Shown here: one piece after another, positions 10,319-20,874 of the stretch
How the letters are laid out: each line of letters opens with the position of its first letter
Position numbering within the stretch: the first letter of the stretch is position 1
DNA from: an uncultured Bacilli bacterium
Lineage (GTDB): Bacteria; Bacillota_I; Bacilli_A; RF39; UBA660
Reading direction: 5' to 3'
Length of the DNA: 64,000 nucleotides
Assembly (NCBI GenBank): GCA_934148845.1
Contig: CAKPDH010000001.1
Location: 251,963 to 315,962 of the forward strand
Made by a program: the position numbers and the translations under genes
The notes under the pieces: model-generated
Databases searched by the model: none
Seen by the model: only the letters and a program-made list of their open reading frames with translations
What the model was told of the DNA's origin: nothing

Positions 10319-11761
10319 CTATTTAAATATTTTATCACATATTTTAACAATATCTGTTATATTAACTTTACCGTCACTATTCATATCGGCAGCCATAAAT
10401 TGCCAATCATCAAGCTGAATCTTTTTAAACATTTGATCACAAGCTTTAACAACGTCTGTTATATCGATAACTCCATTAGAGCTAACATCACCTTTTACAA
10501 TTACTTTATAATGTGCATATTTGCTATTGTTTCTCATAACAAAGATATAAGTACCTGTTGCAAGTCTATTATTGTGTTTATCCTCTGCAACAATAGTTCC
10601 ATAATCAGATCTTAATCTATTAACAAAATTTTTAAGATTTAAGTCTTTACCATCATAATATATAAATTCAAAAAGATGATCAATTTTTATGAAAGAACTA
10701 TCTGATTCATTCTTTAGCTCAATTGGATAACCGCCATATAAATGTGCCTCAGTATATTTATATGCTTCTTCTAATCTATCAATTATTTCTTTTTCATATG
10801 GATAAAAATATTTTGAAATCATTGGAGAATTAATTTTAATTTTTGAATTAATTGTAGCAAATCTTGCATTTACTTTATCTTCAACTTCTTTTATATAATC
10901 CATTATTTCATATAACTTATTATTTGCCTCAATCTTAGTTTCTGGTTCAAAAGGTAAAACCGCGCTGTCAATAATGTCAATACGATTATCAAGCATGCCT
11001 TGTAGTTTTTCCTCTATTTTATTATAAACTTTATAATAATCTTCCTTTATTTTTTTATAATAATCAGAAAAAATTTCTTTAAAATAATCATCATAATCTT
11101 CTAAATGATATAAATTATATAAATTTTGCCATTTATTTATTTTTTCTTCATACTTTGAATATATATCATTTACTCTATCAAATTCATCTAAAGCCAAGTC
11201 AAATAGCCTTCTTGCATCAGCTACACTATTTAATGAATTAACTTTACTCTTAACACTATCATAATACATATCATAATAGATCTTAACTAAATTTTTAACT
11301 GGAGATTTTAATTCTTTTATCTCAGATCTTAATTCAATAAATAAATCAAGACTTCCAGTAACCCCGCCTGATACATGACTATTTAAATAGTCCTCAATTA
11401 TACTTAAGGTTTCTTTTAAATAATCTAAATTAGAAACTAATCTAGGCTTAATACTTAAAAGACTATCACTAGCTTCAGTATAACCATTACGTTTTAACTC
11501 ATCTATTACTAAATCAATAGATTTACTATAGTCTAAACTATCGAACTTGTGAATAAATGCTTTACTGTATATACCCTTAACACTAGAAGCATAACTATTC
11601 GACCAATCAGTTAAATCGCTTACTATAGTTTGTGCAACAGCACCAGCACTATTTACTCTACTAATTACTTCTAATTGCGTATAACTTCTAGCACTTGTTT
11701 TACTTATAAAACATACAAACAAAAAAGCAGTAACTAGGAGTAAATTTTTAAACTTCTTCAT
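10319..11761 (-). CDS. Secreted dockerin-domain protein with a non-catalytic helical N-terminal region
   Basis: Signal peptide. C-terminus has two 22-residue dockerin segments, GDVSSNGVIDITDVVKACDQMF and ADMNSDGKVNITDIVKICDKIF. The second matches the canonical Ca-binding DxNxDGxVNxxD exactly. Confidence 0.65.
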   Translation of the reverse strand: MKKFKNLLLVTAFLFVCFISKTSARSYTQLEVISRVNSAGAVAQTIVSDLTDWSNSYASSVKGIYSKAFIHKFDSLDYSKSIDLVIDELKRNGYTEASDSLLSIKPRLVSNLDYLKETLSIIEDYLNSHVSGGVTGSLDLFIELRSEIKELKSPVKNLVKIYYDMYYDSVKSKVNSLNSVADARRLFDLALDEFDRVNDIYSKYEEKINKWQNLYNLYHLEDYDDYFKEIFSDYYKKIKEDYYKVYNKIEEKLQGMLDNRIDIIDSAVLPFEPETKIEANNKLYEIMDYIKEVEDKVNARFATINSKIKINSPMISKYFYPYEKEIIDRLEEAYKYTEAHLYGGYPIELKNESDSSFIKIDHLFEFIYYDGKDLNLKNFVNRLRSDYGTIVAEDKHNNRLATGTYIFVMRNNSKYAHYKVIVKGDVSSNGVIDITDVVKACDQMFKKIQLDDWQFMAADMNSDGKVNITDIVKICDKIFK

Positions 11762-12029
11762 ATCATCACTCCTTTATGATACAATTATATAACATTTTTT
11801 TTAAATAAACAAGCTCTAGAAAGAAAAAAAGTATTTTTTTACTCATAGTCTAATTTTTATAACTAGATTCTTCTTTATCCTCCATATTACTTATAATACT
11901 TGCAACCCTTATCGCACAAAACATAACAAAATAAATAAGTAAAACTAATATAAATAAAATAATTAATAATATCTTCATAAAATCACCAATTTAAGTATAT
12001 AAAAAATATTTGTCACTATTTGACAAATA

Positions 12030-12740
12030 TTATAACTTAATATTTTTATTTTTTTCTATTAAGCCTTCACTTACTAATGCATCTTTTATATTTTTAAGTT
12101 CACTAATTATTATTTTAGACACATATTGCTTTGTAACATTAAAAATACTTGCTATTTCAACTTGAGTATAAATCTTATCATAAAATCCAAAATACATCTT
12201 AACAAACTCACGTCTAGTAGGATTACATATACTATTTACCAAAAGATTAATTTTACTTAATAACTCTTTATTTTCATAATGATTTGTAACATTAAAATCA
12301 GAACTAATATAATCAAGTAATATATTGTTACGACCTTTATCATTTTCATAAATAACATCATCCAAACTTGCAAAATTATTTTTATAAACAGAAAGTGAAT
12401 ATATACGAAGTATATAGTTATCAATGCAAGTAACCGCATAAAATGAAAATACTTTACTTTTACTAAGGTCAAAATGATCAATTGCATATAATAAACCTTG
12501 AATACCTAAAGATATTAATTCATTTTTATCATAGTTTACTTTACTAAATCTTTTATTTACTCTTTGAAACACCAACCTTAAATTATGCATCAAAAGCTTT
12601 TCTCTATTTTCTTTTATACCTCTATTAAGAAGCAAATATACTTCTTCTTCTTTAGATAATGGTTTAGGTAATACAAAGTCTTCTATAAACATATTTTCTT
12701 TTTCCATAACTACTCCTAGATGATGTTTTATATAATACAC
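12030..12740 (-). CDS. RNA polymerase sigma factor, sigma-70 family (alternative sigma)
   Basis: Region-2-like LLMHNLRLVFQRVNKRF and a region-4 HTH ...TQVEIASIFNVTKQYVSKII... Confidence 0.55.
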   Translation of the reverse strand: MYYIKHHLGVVMEKENMFIEDFVLPKPLSKEEEVYLLLNRGIKENREKLLMHNLRLVFQRVNKRFSKVNYDKNELISLGIQGLLYAIDHFDLSKSKVFSFYAVTCIDNYILRIYSLSVYKNNFASLDDVIYENDKGRNNILLDYISSDFNVTNHYENKELLSKINLLVNSICNPTRREFVKMYFGFYDKIYTQVEIASIFNVTKQYVSKIIISELKNIKDALVSEGLIEKNKNIKL

Positions 12741-12767
12741 TAAAAATAAAAAAAAATAAATATATAT

Positions 12768-13214
12768 TTAACTTTTTATATATTTATTATAAAATTTACT
12801 ACACAAAAATATACCTATATAAATACCTATAGTATCTATTAATACATCAATAACCATACCACTCCTACCAGGTACAAACAATTGATGTATCTCATCACTT
12901 ATAGAATATAATATACATAAAAGTAACGCTATTAAAAAAGGATCTTTCAAATTAAATACCATAACTAAATTATATACTAAAATGCCAAGTATTAAATATT
13001 CACTTACATGGGCAAGCTTTCTTATAACTAATTCAATTTTGTCCAAAGTATTTTTATCAGTTATCCTTTTATTATTAATACTACCTACAACATTTACAAC
13101 CTGTTTTACAATTCTGCCACTAGTTTTTTTAGATTTATTACTAGGTGCGCTAGAAAAAGTAAATATTACTATCATCCATAATATCACCAGTATTACACTT
13201 ATTAATTTCTTCAT
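12768..13214 (-). CDS. VanZ-family membrane protein
   Basis: VanZ motif RKLAHVSEYLILGILVY within four TM segments. Its start codon overlaps the upstream stop (TAATG). Confidence 0.7.
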   Translation of the reverse strand: MKKLISVILVILWMIVIFTFSSAPSNKSKKTSGRIVKQVVNVVGSINNKRITDKNTLDKIELVIRKLAHVSEYLILGILVYNLVMVFNLKDPFLIALLLCILYSISDEIHQLFVPGRSGMVIDVLIDTIGIYIGIFLCSKFYNKYIKS

Positions 13215-14893
13215 TAATATCTAAACCCTCTTTTATTACTATTTATAAAATCATTAATACCAAAATAACTATTTTTAATAGTGGTAATAAAATCATCTAA
13301 TTTAACATTACAATGAAATGTAAGCTCATTATCATATATATCATAAAATTCAAGCGTTGAAATCTTATTTATATAATCATAATTTAATTTATAATTACCA
13401 TGAGCTATACAATTACGCAAATGCTCAATAATAGATTTATTTTTTATACTAAGTTCATTTAACTTATTATTATTACATATATCTACTCTTTTATTTAATA
13501 ACTCTAAGATTTCATTTTCCTTTTCTTGCTTTCTTTCATTTACATTATTAATGTTATTTAAAACTATATTATAAGCATCCTTATTACCTTTTTCTTTTAA
13601 GATTGATGCTGATTTTTCTAACTTTTTTAATTTTTCACACAGTTCTTCTTTTTCTTTCAATGAAGATTTAATTCTAATACTTATATCACTAATAACGCCA
13701 TCACCCATCTTAATCTTCTTAATATCAAATAAATCAAAATTAAAGATAGAATAATCAAGATTCAAACTATTATAAACGTTTTCAAGGCCATAAGAAAATA
13801 AAGCATTAAAAAGAGAAATAGCTGAACCTGCAATATTATTATAATCTACTACTATACCATTTTGATTAAATTTCTCTAACAATTTATTTTTATCAAATGT
13901 ATGAGCTTTTTCTATAGAATCAAGAACTAATAAATTACTTAAATTATTAACCATCATAATATGCTTAAATTTATCATCATTATAGTATTTGTTTAATAAT
14001 TTACAAATATCATAAGCTTGGTCTTTATAATTTTTAGTTTTTAAAGTATTATTATAAATGATACCAGTAATAGAGTCTAACTCTTCACCTTTTTTATGTG
14101 ATAATTTATATTTAAATTCATAGTTACCATAAACCTTAGCTTTATACGTGCTAAGTACATTTTCATCAAAAGTTAATTTATATTTATCAATAGTTTCTGT
14201 AAATTCTTTTAACGTTTTTTTAGATAAAGGTGTTTTATCTAAAGAAACTATACTACATTCAACAAATGATGTTTTACTTATAAAAGCCTTATATTCACCT
14301 TTATATTTCATTGGAACAACTCTATTATAAGGAATTTTAGAATTAATTACAATTCTTTTTTCATACTTACTTGTAAGAGGATTAATTAAAACATTTTTAA
14401 AACTATCAACTACAAAACAAGATAATTTATTAATATCAATTCTAACCTCACTACTATCTATATTAAAAACTATATTATTGTTGTCTAAATCTAAATAAAA
14501 TAAGCCATGAGATAATTTATTTCTTAACGTTGCTACTAAAAAAGTAGCAGAATTAAACGAATACCCATCTATAGTATAATTCTTATTATCACCTAATAAT
14601 TTACATGACGCTTCTAATGATTTTTCAAATACTAAAGGAATATAATAAGTATCATTATCTAAATCTTTATCAACCAAATCTTCCTTTATACCTTGAAATA
14701 AAGCACACATATTAGCAACTAAGCTAGTCTTAACAACACTAGTGTCATATTCAATATTACTACTATAATTACTACCATTTACTATATCTAATAATAAATT
14801 TAAAAAAGTGATATTACCATTAATATAATTTTCTAAAGTTTCTAATTTATTATTTTCCATTATTAATCCCTCACACACGTTATATAATAGCAT
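13214..14893 (-). CDS. Large hypothetical protein with two Rx4HG motifs (LRNKLSHG, LRNCIAHG); putative dual-HEPN RNase-like protein
   Basis: 559 aa with no signal peptide or TM. The two motifs lie near residues 125 and 500 and share the same context (L-R-N-x3-H-G), with a coiled-coil between them. The HEPN assignment is inference. Confidence 0.4.
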   Translation of the reverse strand: MLLYNVCEGLIMENNKLETLENYINGNITFLNLLLDIVNGSNYSSNIEYDTSVVKTSLVANMCALFQGIKEDLVDKDLDNDTYYIPLVFEKSLEASCKLLGDNKNYTIDGYSFNSATFLVATLRNKLSHGLFYLDLDNNNIVFNIDSSEVRIDINKLSCFVVDSFKNVLINPLTSKYEKRIVINSKIPYNRVVPMKYKGEYKAFISKTSFVECSIVSLDKTPLSKKTLKEFTETIDKYKLTFDENVLSTYKAKVYGNYEFKYKLSHKKGEELDSITGIIYNNTLKTKNYKDQAYDICKLLNKYYNDDKFKHIMMVNNLSNLLVLDSIEKAHTFDKNKLLEKFNQNGIVVDYNNIAGSAISLFNALFSYGLENVYNSLNLDYSIFNFDLFDIKKIKMGDGVISDISIRIKSSLKEKEELCEKLKKLEKSASILKEKGNKDAYNIVLNNINNVNERKQEKENEILELLNKRVDICNNNKLNELSIKNKSIIEHLRNCIAHGNYKLNYDYINKISTLEFYDIYDNELTFHCNVKLDDFITTIKNSYFGINDFINSNKRGFRY

Positions 14894-15035
14894 AAAAGGA
14901 AATAAAATACAAATGGTAACCTTATTTGTTTAAAATTATAACTCCACATAAATAATAATACAATTTTATAAAATAAAAGGCCAATGGCAAGCATACTTTA
15001 CTAATAGCCTAAATTATTAAAAGATATCTAATTTA

Positions 15036-15626
15036 TTATTTTTCCTTTTTAAATATATTGTAAATAATTGGATTATATTTAAAATAATCCTTTGACAAGT
15101 TCATTTTTTTAAATGTTCTTTTAAAGCCTTTCAATAAATAATTATCTTTGTAAATAAAATATTGCTTTTTCTTTTTCATAGGATTGTTTAACTGTTCATT
15201 ATGTAAATAAACCTCTTCATACGTACGTTCTTCATACAAAAATATTGGTAATATCTTGTTAATCAATTGTAATCCTTTTTCAGTTAAAATAATTACCGAA
15301 GATATTCCTGCTTTAATATCATCATTTATTTTGGAATCCTTGCTTAGACCCCAAAAGTCTCCAATCGTAATATCAGAGATTCTTTCTCTTTTTGCATAAT
15401 TACACTCATAACAATTTTCTCTATATATATTTCCTCTTAAAAAAATTTTATAATATTGATCCAAATGCATTTGTGATATATCTTCTAATTCAAATTCATT
15501 AAATAATTCAAACACTTCTTTAGATACTTCTATTTTATTTTTATCAAATACAACTATATATGTATTATTTTCTATAACAAGAGAATAAGGATTATCCTTA
15601 CTTTTTCTTCTCTTTGGTAAATTCAT
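15036..15626 (-). pseudogene. Truncated remnant of an FrhB-like (coenzyme F420 hydrogenase/dehydrogenase beta family) polysaccharide-locus protein
   Basis: NCYECNYAKRERISDITIGDFWGL...AGISSVIILTEKG aligns to the C-terminal half of the full-length paralogs at 20875..22047 and 42016..43164. There is no N-terminal 4Fe-4S domain. Confidence 0.5.
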
Positions 15627-16015
15627 ATTAACCCTCCAATCAATCTAAAAATTGATTGGATAAGGTGGTCCTCTAATAAATTTAGATTTTCCTAAAACAA
15701 AAAAAACACCGGGATCAAAAACCTTTTTAGGGGTTTTTGTCCCAGTGTTAAATATTTCATATTTAATTTTTTTGATTGGCATATTTAAAAGAGTATATCT
15801 TTTTAATATTAAAAATATACAGTTGTATAATAAAACAATAACATTCATCGACAGCATCACCTCTTAAGTAATGCCATTGTTGAAATAGCTATCCAAATTA
15901 TTCTTTTAAATATAACAAAAAAATATCACACTAGTAATCAAGGCATTGTCTTGTTACTTGGTATGATATTATATACTTTTTTTAAAATTATGCAATTTAA
16001 ACCATTATATAACTA

Positions 16016-17533
16016 TTATTTTTTGAAAATCTTTTTTTTAAATAAGTCACAAAAATATTTAAAATTAGAACTTTTAGAAAAAATAATAATTAATATTAAA
16101 TTCGAAATAACCATTCCGATTGCTAATCTTATAAATACTTCAATTAATAATACGTTAACATTTATAAAAGAAATTAAAAAATATGAAACAAATAAAACAA
16201 TCAAAAATGTAAATATATATCCAATAGTTTCTTTAGCATAATTGTAATAGCTTCTCTTTAATATTTTTTTATATAAAAATTTAGGATAACTAAAACACCA
16301 TAAAGTTAAGCCACTAACTATAGTACCTAAAAATATCCCGATCAATCCAAATGTTTTTGCAAAAATAATACTAAATAAAATATTTAAAATAGCCTCTACA
16401 AGTGGAACATACTTGTTTTCAACACAAATACCAGCTGCAATCATAAAAGAGTCGTAACACTTTCTCATCATTTTTTGAAAATAATTAAAAATTATAGCAA
16501 AAACAATTAGTGATGGTAAAACATAATCTTTACCTAGCCATAATTCAATAAATGGTTGAATAATAAGCATCATACAAATACCAGTAAATGTCGCAATATA
16601 AAAATTTAAAAACCTAATTCTTCTAAAAACAGTAAATATTTTTTCATCATTGTTCGTTACTAATAAATTTCCAATACTTGGCGTAGTAGCACTAATAATT
16701 TGTGAAAAAAGTGATGTAGCGGCATTTGTAATCATATAATAATTTGAACACAAACCTACACTAGCTACACCAAAAAACTTAGATATTAAAATATTATCAG
16801 TCCCATTAATTACAAAACTACCTATTTTATGAAATAACATAGCTTTTATTCTTGAGAAAATATCTTTAGTCGAATCTTTAGATAATTTATTTATATTTTT
16901 ATCTTTTAAATAAGAATAATTTTTATTAACATAAAAATTAATCGCCAAATTTTCAAAAAGTACCAAAATTATTTTCAATATTAAATATAAAAAGTAATTT
17001 TTAGTTAAAAACAAAATTGAAATTTGAAACAAGTTTAGAAATATAATATATAAAATATGAATTAAATTAATAACATAATTTTTTTGACTAGCATACAAAA
17101 TTGATCGTTTGTACGTCAAAAAATAAGAAACTATAGTTTGACACAAGAATAATAAATATACATAATAAATATTTATTTCTAAATTTGTTTCTCCAACAAA
17201 ATAGCCAATAAAAGGGGTTAATAATAAACCAAGTATTAATATAATTAAAATAATATATCTATACGCTTTTTTATAGAAAAGCATCAGTGATTTAATCTTT
17301 TCTTCGTCATTTTCCGCTATAGGTTTATACATATTAAATATTATTGCTTCGCCTATTCCTAATTCAGATATACATAAAAACGAAATTATATTGGTAAACA
17401 ATCCATTTATACCTAAATACTCTACACCTAGTATTTCTATAAAAATCTTTTGAGCAATAAAAGAAATTAAAATATTTACAAAACTAGCTATAGCTCCCAT
17501 TAAAGCATTTCTTATCGAATTATTAGTTCTCAT
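16016..17533 (-). CDS. wzx: Polysaccharide flippase (Wzx, MOP superfamily)
   Basis: 505 aa, about 12-14 TM segments, polysaccharide-biosynthesis-protein family layout, located inside a capsule/EPS locus. Confidence 0.75.
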   Translation of the reverse strand: MRTNNSIRNALMGAIASFVNILISFIAQKIFIEILGVEYLGINGLFTNIISFLCISELGIGEAIIFNMYKPIAENDEEKIKSLMLFYKKAYRYIILIILILGLLLTPFIGYFVGETNLEINIYYVYLLFLCQTIVSYFLTYKRSILYASQKNYVINLIHILYIIFLNLFQISILFLTKNYFLYLILKIILVLFENLAINFYVNKNYSYLKDKNINKLSKDSTKDIFSRIKAMLFHKIGSFVINGTDNILISKFFGVASVGLCSNYYMITNAATSLFSQIISATTPSIGNLLVTNNDEKIFTVFRRIRFLNFYIATFTGICMMLIIQPFIELWLGKDYVLPSLIVFAIIFNYFQKMMRKCYDSFMIAAGICVENKYVPLVEAILNILFSIIFAKTFGLIGIFLGTIVSGLTLWCFSYPKFLYKKILKRSYYNYAKETIGYIFTFLIVLFVSYFLISFINVNVLLIEVFIRLAIGMVISNLILIIIFSKSSNFKYFCDLFKKKIFKK

Positions 17534-18665
17534 TTATTTTCACTTCCTTATTTTTTTTAAAAATTAAATCTGCTAAAAATAGTAAAAATGGATTATAAAA
17601 TAATATAATCATACCATTTTCCATAAGTCCAAAGAAAACAAATGCAGTTAAACAAATTGCTATAGCAAAGTTTTTTTCATCTAAACCTTTTCGTACTCTT
17701 TTAGAAATTGCATATAACAAAATAAAAGTAATTATAATACCAAACTTTATCAAAAGTAACATATATGCATTATCTAGAACACTAGATGTTGAAGTAGAAT
17801 GAGTATTATAATCTATAAATAAATTCCCAAATAATGAGATGGAATATCTATTATAAAATTCGCTCATTAAAAATATTCTATTAGATAATACTTCATTTAA
17901 CGAAACCATAAAAGTGAAAACTTTTTTATATTTATACATTATTGTTAATCCAAATGATAGAATCATAAATATAAATGGTAAATTTGATAAAGAAAATTTA
18001 GCTACTTTATTATTTTTTATAAGTGGAATTACAAAAGAAAATAATAAAACTAAAATTAATGTATATATAGAACTTCTACTATTACAAAAGGTATAAATGA
18101 AAAGAATAGATAAAATAATGAAAATATATGATATTTTTTTATACTTAGTATCAAAAGTTAAATATAAGAAATCTAAGCAGACACTCATTAAATAAACACT
18201 AAAGGTATTAGGATGTCCAAATCCAAAAGAATATCTTGAAATATATTCATCTCTAAATATTATTACATTTTCTGTTAATCCATTTAAATATAATAAATAA
18301 ATAATAACCATTATAATTGATTTAGTAATCATATCAAATTTTATAACTTTTTTTAAATTTATCTCTCTAGCAGAGATAACAAATAAAATAAGATTCCAAA
18401 TGGCAGTTCCTTCAGTAATTTTCATTGAAATAAACGTAAAAATAGTTAAGATTATAATAACTAATAAATTATTCTTTTTAATTTTATTATTTTTTACATA
18501 AAAAACAAATAATAAGATTATAGGAATCATTAAATTACAGGCTCTTATTATAAAACTAATTCCATCGATAGTTACCCATCTTATCATACTTTGAAAAATA
18601 AAAAGAAAATAAGCAAATAAATATAAAAAATCAGCAACATTAACTGTACTCTTGTTAAATTTCAT
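17523..18665 (-). CDS. wzy: Wzy-like polysaccharide polymerase (multi-TM membrane protein)
   Basis: 380 aa, highly hydrophobic with at least 10 TM segments. The position between wzx and a GT is typical for wzy. Confidence 0.55.
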   Translation of the reverse strand: MKFNKSTVNVADFLYLFAYFLFIFQSMIRWVTIDGISFIIRACNLMIPIILLFVFYVKNNKIKKNNLLVIIILTIFTFISMKITEGTAIWNLILFVISAREINLKKVIKFDMITKSIIMVIIYLLYLNGLTENVIIFRDEYISRYSFGFGHPNTFSVYLMSVCLDFLYLTFDTKYKKISYIFIILSILFIYTFCNSRSSIYTLILVLLFSFVIPLIKNNKVAKFSLSNLPFIFMILSFGLTIMYKYKKVFTFMVSLNEVLSNRIFLMSEFYNRYSISLFGNLFIDYNTHSTSTSSVLDNAYMLLLIKFGIIITFILLYAISKRVRKGLDEKNFAIAICLTAFVFFGLMENGMIILFYNPFLLFLADLIFKKNKEVKINEN

Positions 18666-18671
18666 ATAATA

Positions 18672-19865
18672 TTACCTCTTCTCATTAAATTCTTTTATAT
18701 ATGAATTAAAAGTATCACAATAATTTTCCTTAGAAAATTTGTTCATGATTCTTTCATACACCACCATATCAATGCTTGTTTTATCATTTATAACAAAATC
18801 CATTTTTTTAATTAAATCCTCAGTCAAATTTTTTCTATCTACATACAAACAATCATTTTCAAAAATTTCAGGTAATCCTCCAGAATAACTAGAAATAATT
18901 TTTATATTAGAAGCAACACCTTCTAAAGCAATTAATCCAAAAGGTTCTTCCCACTTAGATGGAATAATTTGACAATTTGAAATTTGATAAAATTTATATA
19001 AGTCATAATTTTTTATTTGTCCAGTAAAAATAATATTTTTATTATTTATAGAAACATCTCTTACTTTATTTAAATAATCAGAATCATTTTTTAATGATAT
19101 CGATCCACCAACAACTAGTAATTTAATATTATTATACTTTTTGTTTAACTGATCAAATGCATTTACAAGTTCAAGAGTTCCTTTATCATCCATTACTCTT
19201 CCTACATAAATAAAAACAAAATCATCTTTAGAAATATTATATTTAAATTTTAAAGAACTAACTTCTTCTTCTGATACATTTTTTTTAAATAATTTATAAT
19301 CAATTGTATTATATAACACTTTAACTTTATTTGTTAACTTTACACCATCAATACGATTCTTAATAAATTTACTAACTGCCCAAAATTCATCAACATTATC
19401 TATTATTTCTAAAGAATTTGGATTATTTACATTAATATGATCATTGTGTAAATGCAAAACTATTTTTGAAGATGTTTTAGTCTTTTTCTTAAAATAACTT
19501 ATAAATTCATCACCATTTTCAAAAATAATTAAATCATAATAATTAATTTCATTTTTCTTTTTTAAATCATTTATTATTTCATTAATATAATATCTTTGTT
19601 TACTTTTTCCGCTTAGGACTCTATATAAATTTTTAGTTAAATGTTTAATTTTATATAAAAATGTCCCAATATCAATTAATCTAAAATTTGTATGTTTATA
19701 AATTTGTTTATCAAAGGAATTTCCTCGTTTAGCACTATAAACTGTTACGTTATTTTTATATTTTTCATCATTTTCTTGTAAAAATATATTAATTAAATTT
19801 TCGACAGCTCCTCCATGCCCACCCGTAACCGGATGAAATCCCGGAGAAATAATAAGTATATTCAT
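18672..19865 (-). CDS. Glycosyltransferase family 4 (GT-B)
   Basis: C-terminal EEPFGLIALEGVASN...SYSGGLPE motif. Confidence 0.85.
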   Translation of the reverse strand: MNILIISPGFHPVTGGHGGAVENLINIFLQENDEKYKNNVTVYSAKRGNSFDKQIYKHTNFRLIDIGTFLYKIKHLTKNLYRVLSGKSKQRYYINEIINDLKKKNEINYYDLIIFENGDEFISYFKKKTKTSSKIVLHLHNDHINVNNPNSLEIIDNVDEFWAVSKFIKNRIDGVKLTNKVKVLYNTIDYKLFKKNVSEEEVSSLKFKYNISKDDFVFIYVGRVMDDKGTLELVNAFDQLNKKYNNIKLLVVGGSISLKNDSDYLNKVRDVSINNKNIIFTGQIKNYDLYKFYQISNCQIIPSKWEEPFGLIALEGVASNIKIISSYSGGLPEIFENDCLYVDRKNLTEDLIKKMDFVINDKTSIDMVVYERIMNKFSKENYCDTFNSYIKEFNEKR

Positions 19866-19873
19866 ATTTCCTC

Positions 19874-20866
19874 CTATTTTTCAAATGAAGATTTTTCATT
19901 AAGAATTGTTTCAAAAGCTTCAATTATATCTTTTTTAGATTGTTCAAAGTCAATATCATCATTTGTATCATTAATACAAATTGTTTTTGTTTTTTGTTTC
20001 TTTATATGTTCTACTAAGTTAGAATTATTTTTAGAAACGTCAAAATATTTGCCAAATTTATAACTTCTTGGAATAAAATTTCCGTCGCATAATTGCCAAT
20101 ATCTCATTGTCCAATGACTAACATCATTATATTTTCTAAATTTATTTTTACACGTATTATTTAACATTTCATACTCTTTTTCCCAAACTTTATAAAATGT
20201 TTTTTTGCAATATGATATCGGCATATGAGGATTATGTATGCCACAAAAAGCATACCATGGTAACAAAAATAATGTTCTAAATGTTCTTAATCCATATTTA
20301 AAGTTAAAATATTTTGTGAACTTTTTATAAACTTCTCTTTTATTAAAATTACGATTAATTATATCCATATTATTTAAACATGCATGAATCGTTTGACTCT
20401 TTTTTCCAAAACTAATTAAAGGATTTTCGGCAAATTCATCTCTAGGAACTCCATCAATAAAGAAATCAGACTCTTTAACACTATTTATAATAAACATATC
20501 ATCATTAAATGCAACAAAATTTTCTGACAACCCCTCGATTTCATGCATATTTAGTTCAATTGCATTAGAATTAAATGTTGGTAAATTTTCTTCTTTTAAA
20601 TAATCCTTATGATTTATAATTTTTAATTTAGGATTTTCAGTATTCAACCATGATGGAAGATGCCCATAGGTAATAAAATATATATTATTTACCCAAGGAG
20701 CAAATTTTTCAACTCCTCTAAACCAATATTGAAGATTATCCCAGTCTCTATATCTACTGGCAGAAGCTGATAATAGCTTCTTATCTGTTTGATATTTGTT
20801 TTTTTCTTCTAACCACTTTTCGTCATTTCCATCTACCCATAAAATAACAAAATCAATTTTATTCAT
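19874..20866 (-). CDS. Stealth-family capsular phosphotransferase (hexose-1-phosphate transferase)
   Basis: N-terminal IDFVILWVDGNDEKW matches Stealth CR1 (IDxVYTWVDGxDP.W). Confidence 0.6.
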   Translation of the reverse strand: MNKIDFVILWVDGNDEKWLEEKNKYQTDKKLLSASASRYRDWDNLQYWFRGVEKFAPWVNNIYFITYGHLPSWLNTENPKLKIINHKDYLKEENLPTFNSNAIELNMHEIEGLSENFVAFNDDMFIINSVKESDFFIDGVPRDEFAENPLISFGKKSQTIHACLNNMDIINRNFNKREVYKKFTKYFNFKYGLRTFRTLFLLPWYAFCGIHNPHMPISYCKKTFYKVWEKEYEMLNNTCKNKFRKYNDVSHWTMRYWQLCDGNFIPRSYKFGKYFDVSKNNSNLVEHIKKQKTKTICINDTNDDIDFEQSKKDIIEAFETILNEKSSFEK

Positions 20867-20874
20867 ATTCTCAC

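Noticed and set aside
11860-11985. About 41-codon hydrophobic small ORF upstream of the dockerin gene (minus strand).
   Set aside because: Too short and low-complexity to support without conservation data.
12257-12487. 76-aa ORF nested inside the sigma-factor gene in another frame.
   Set aside because: Out-of-frame overlap within a gene that has good sigma-70 region motifs. The product is hydrophobic low-complexity sequence.
15645-15860. 71-aa ORF next to the FrhB-like remnant.
   Set aside because: No motif, an odd N-terminus, and a location in a decayed locus terminus. More likely a relic than a gene.
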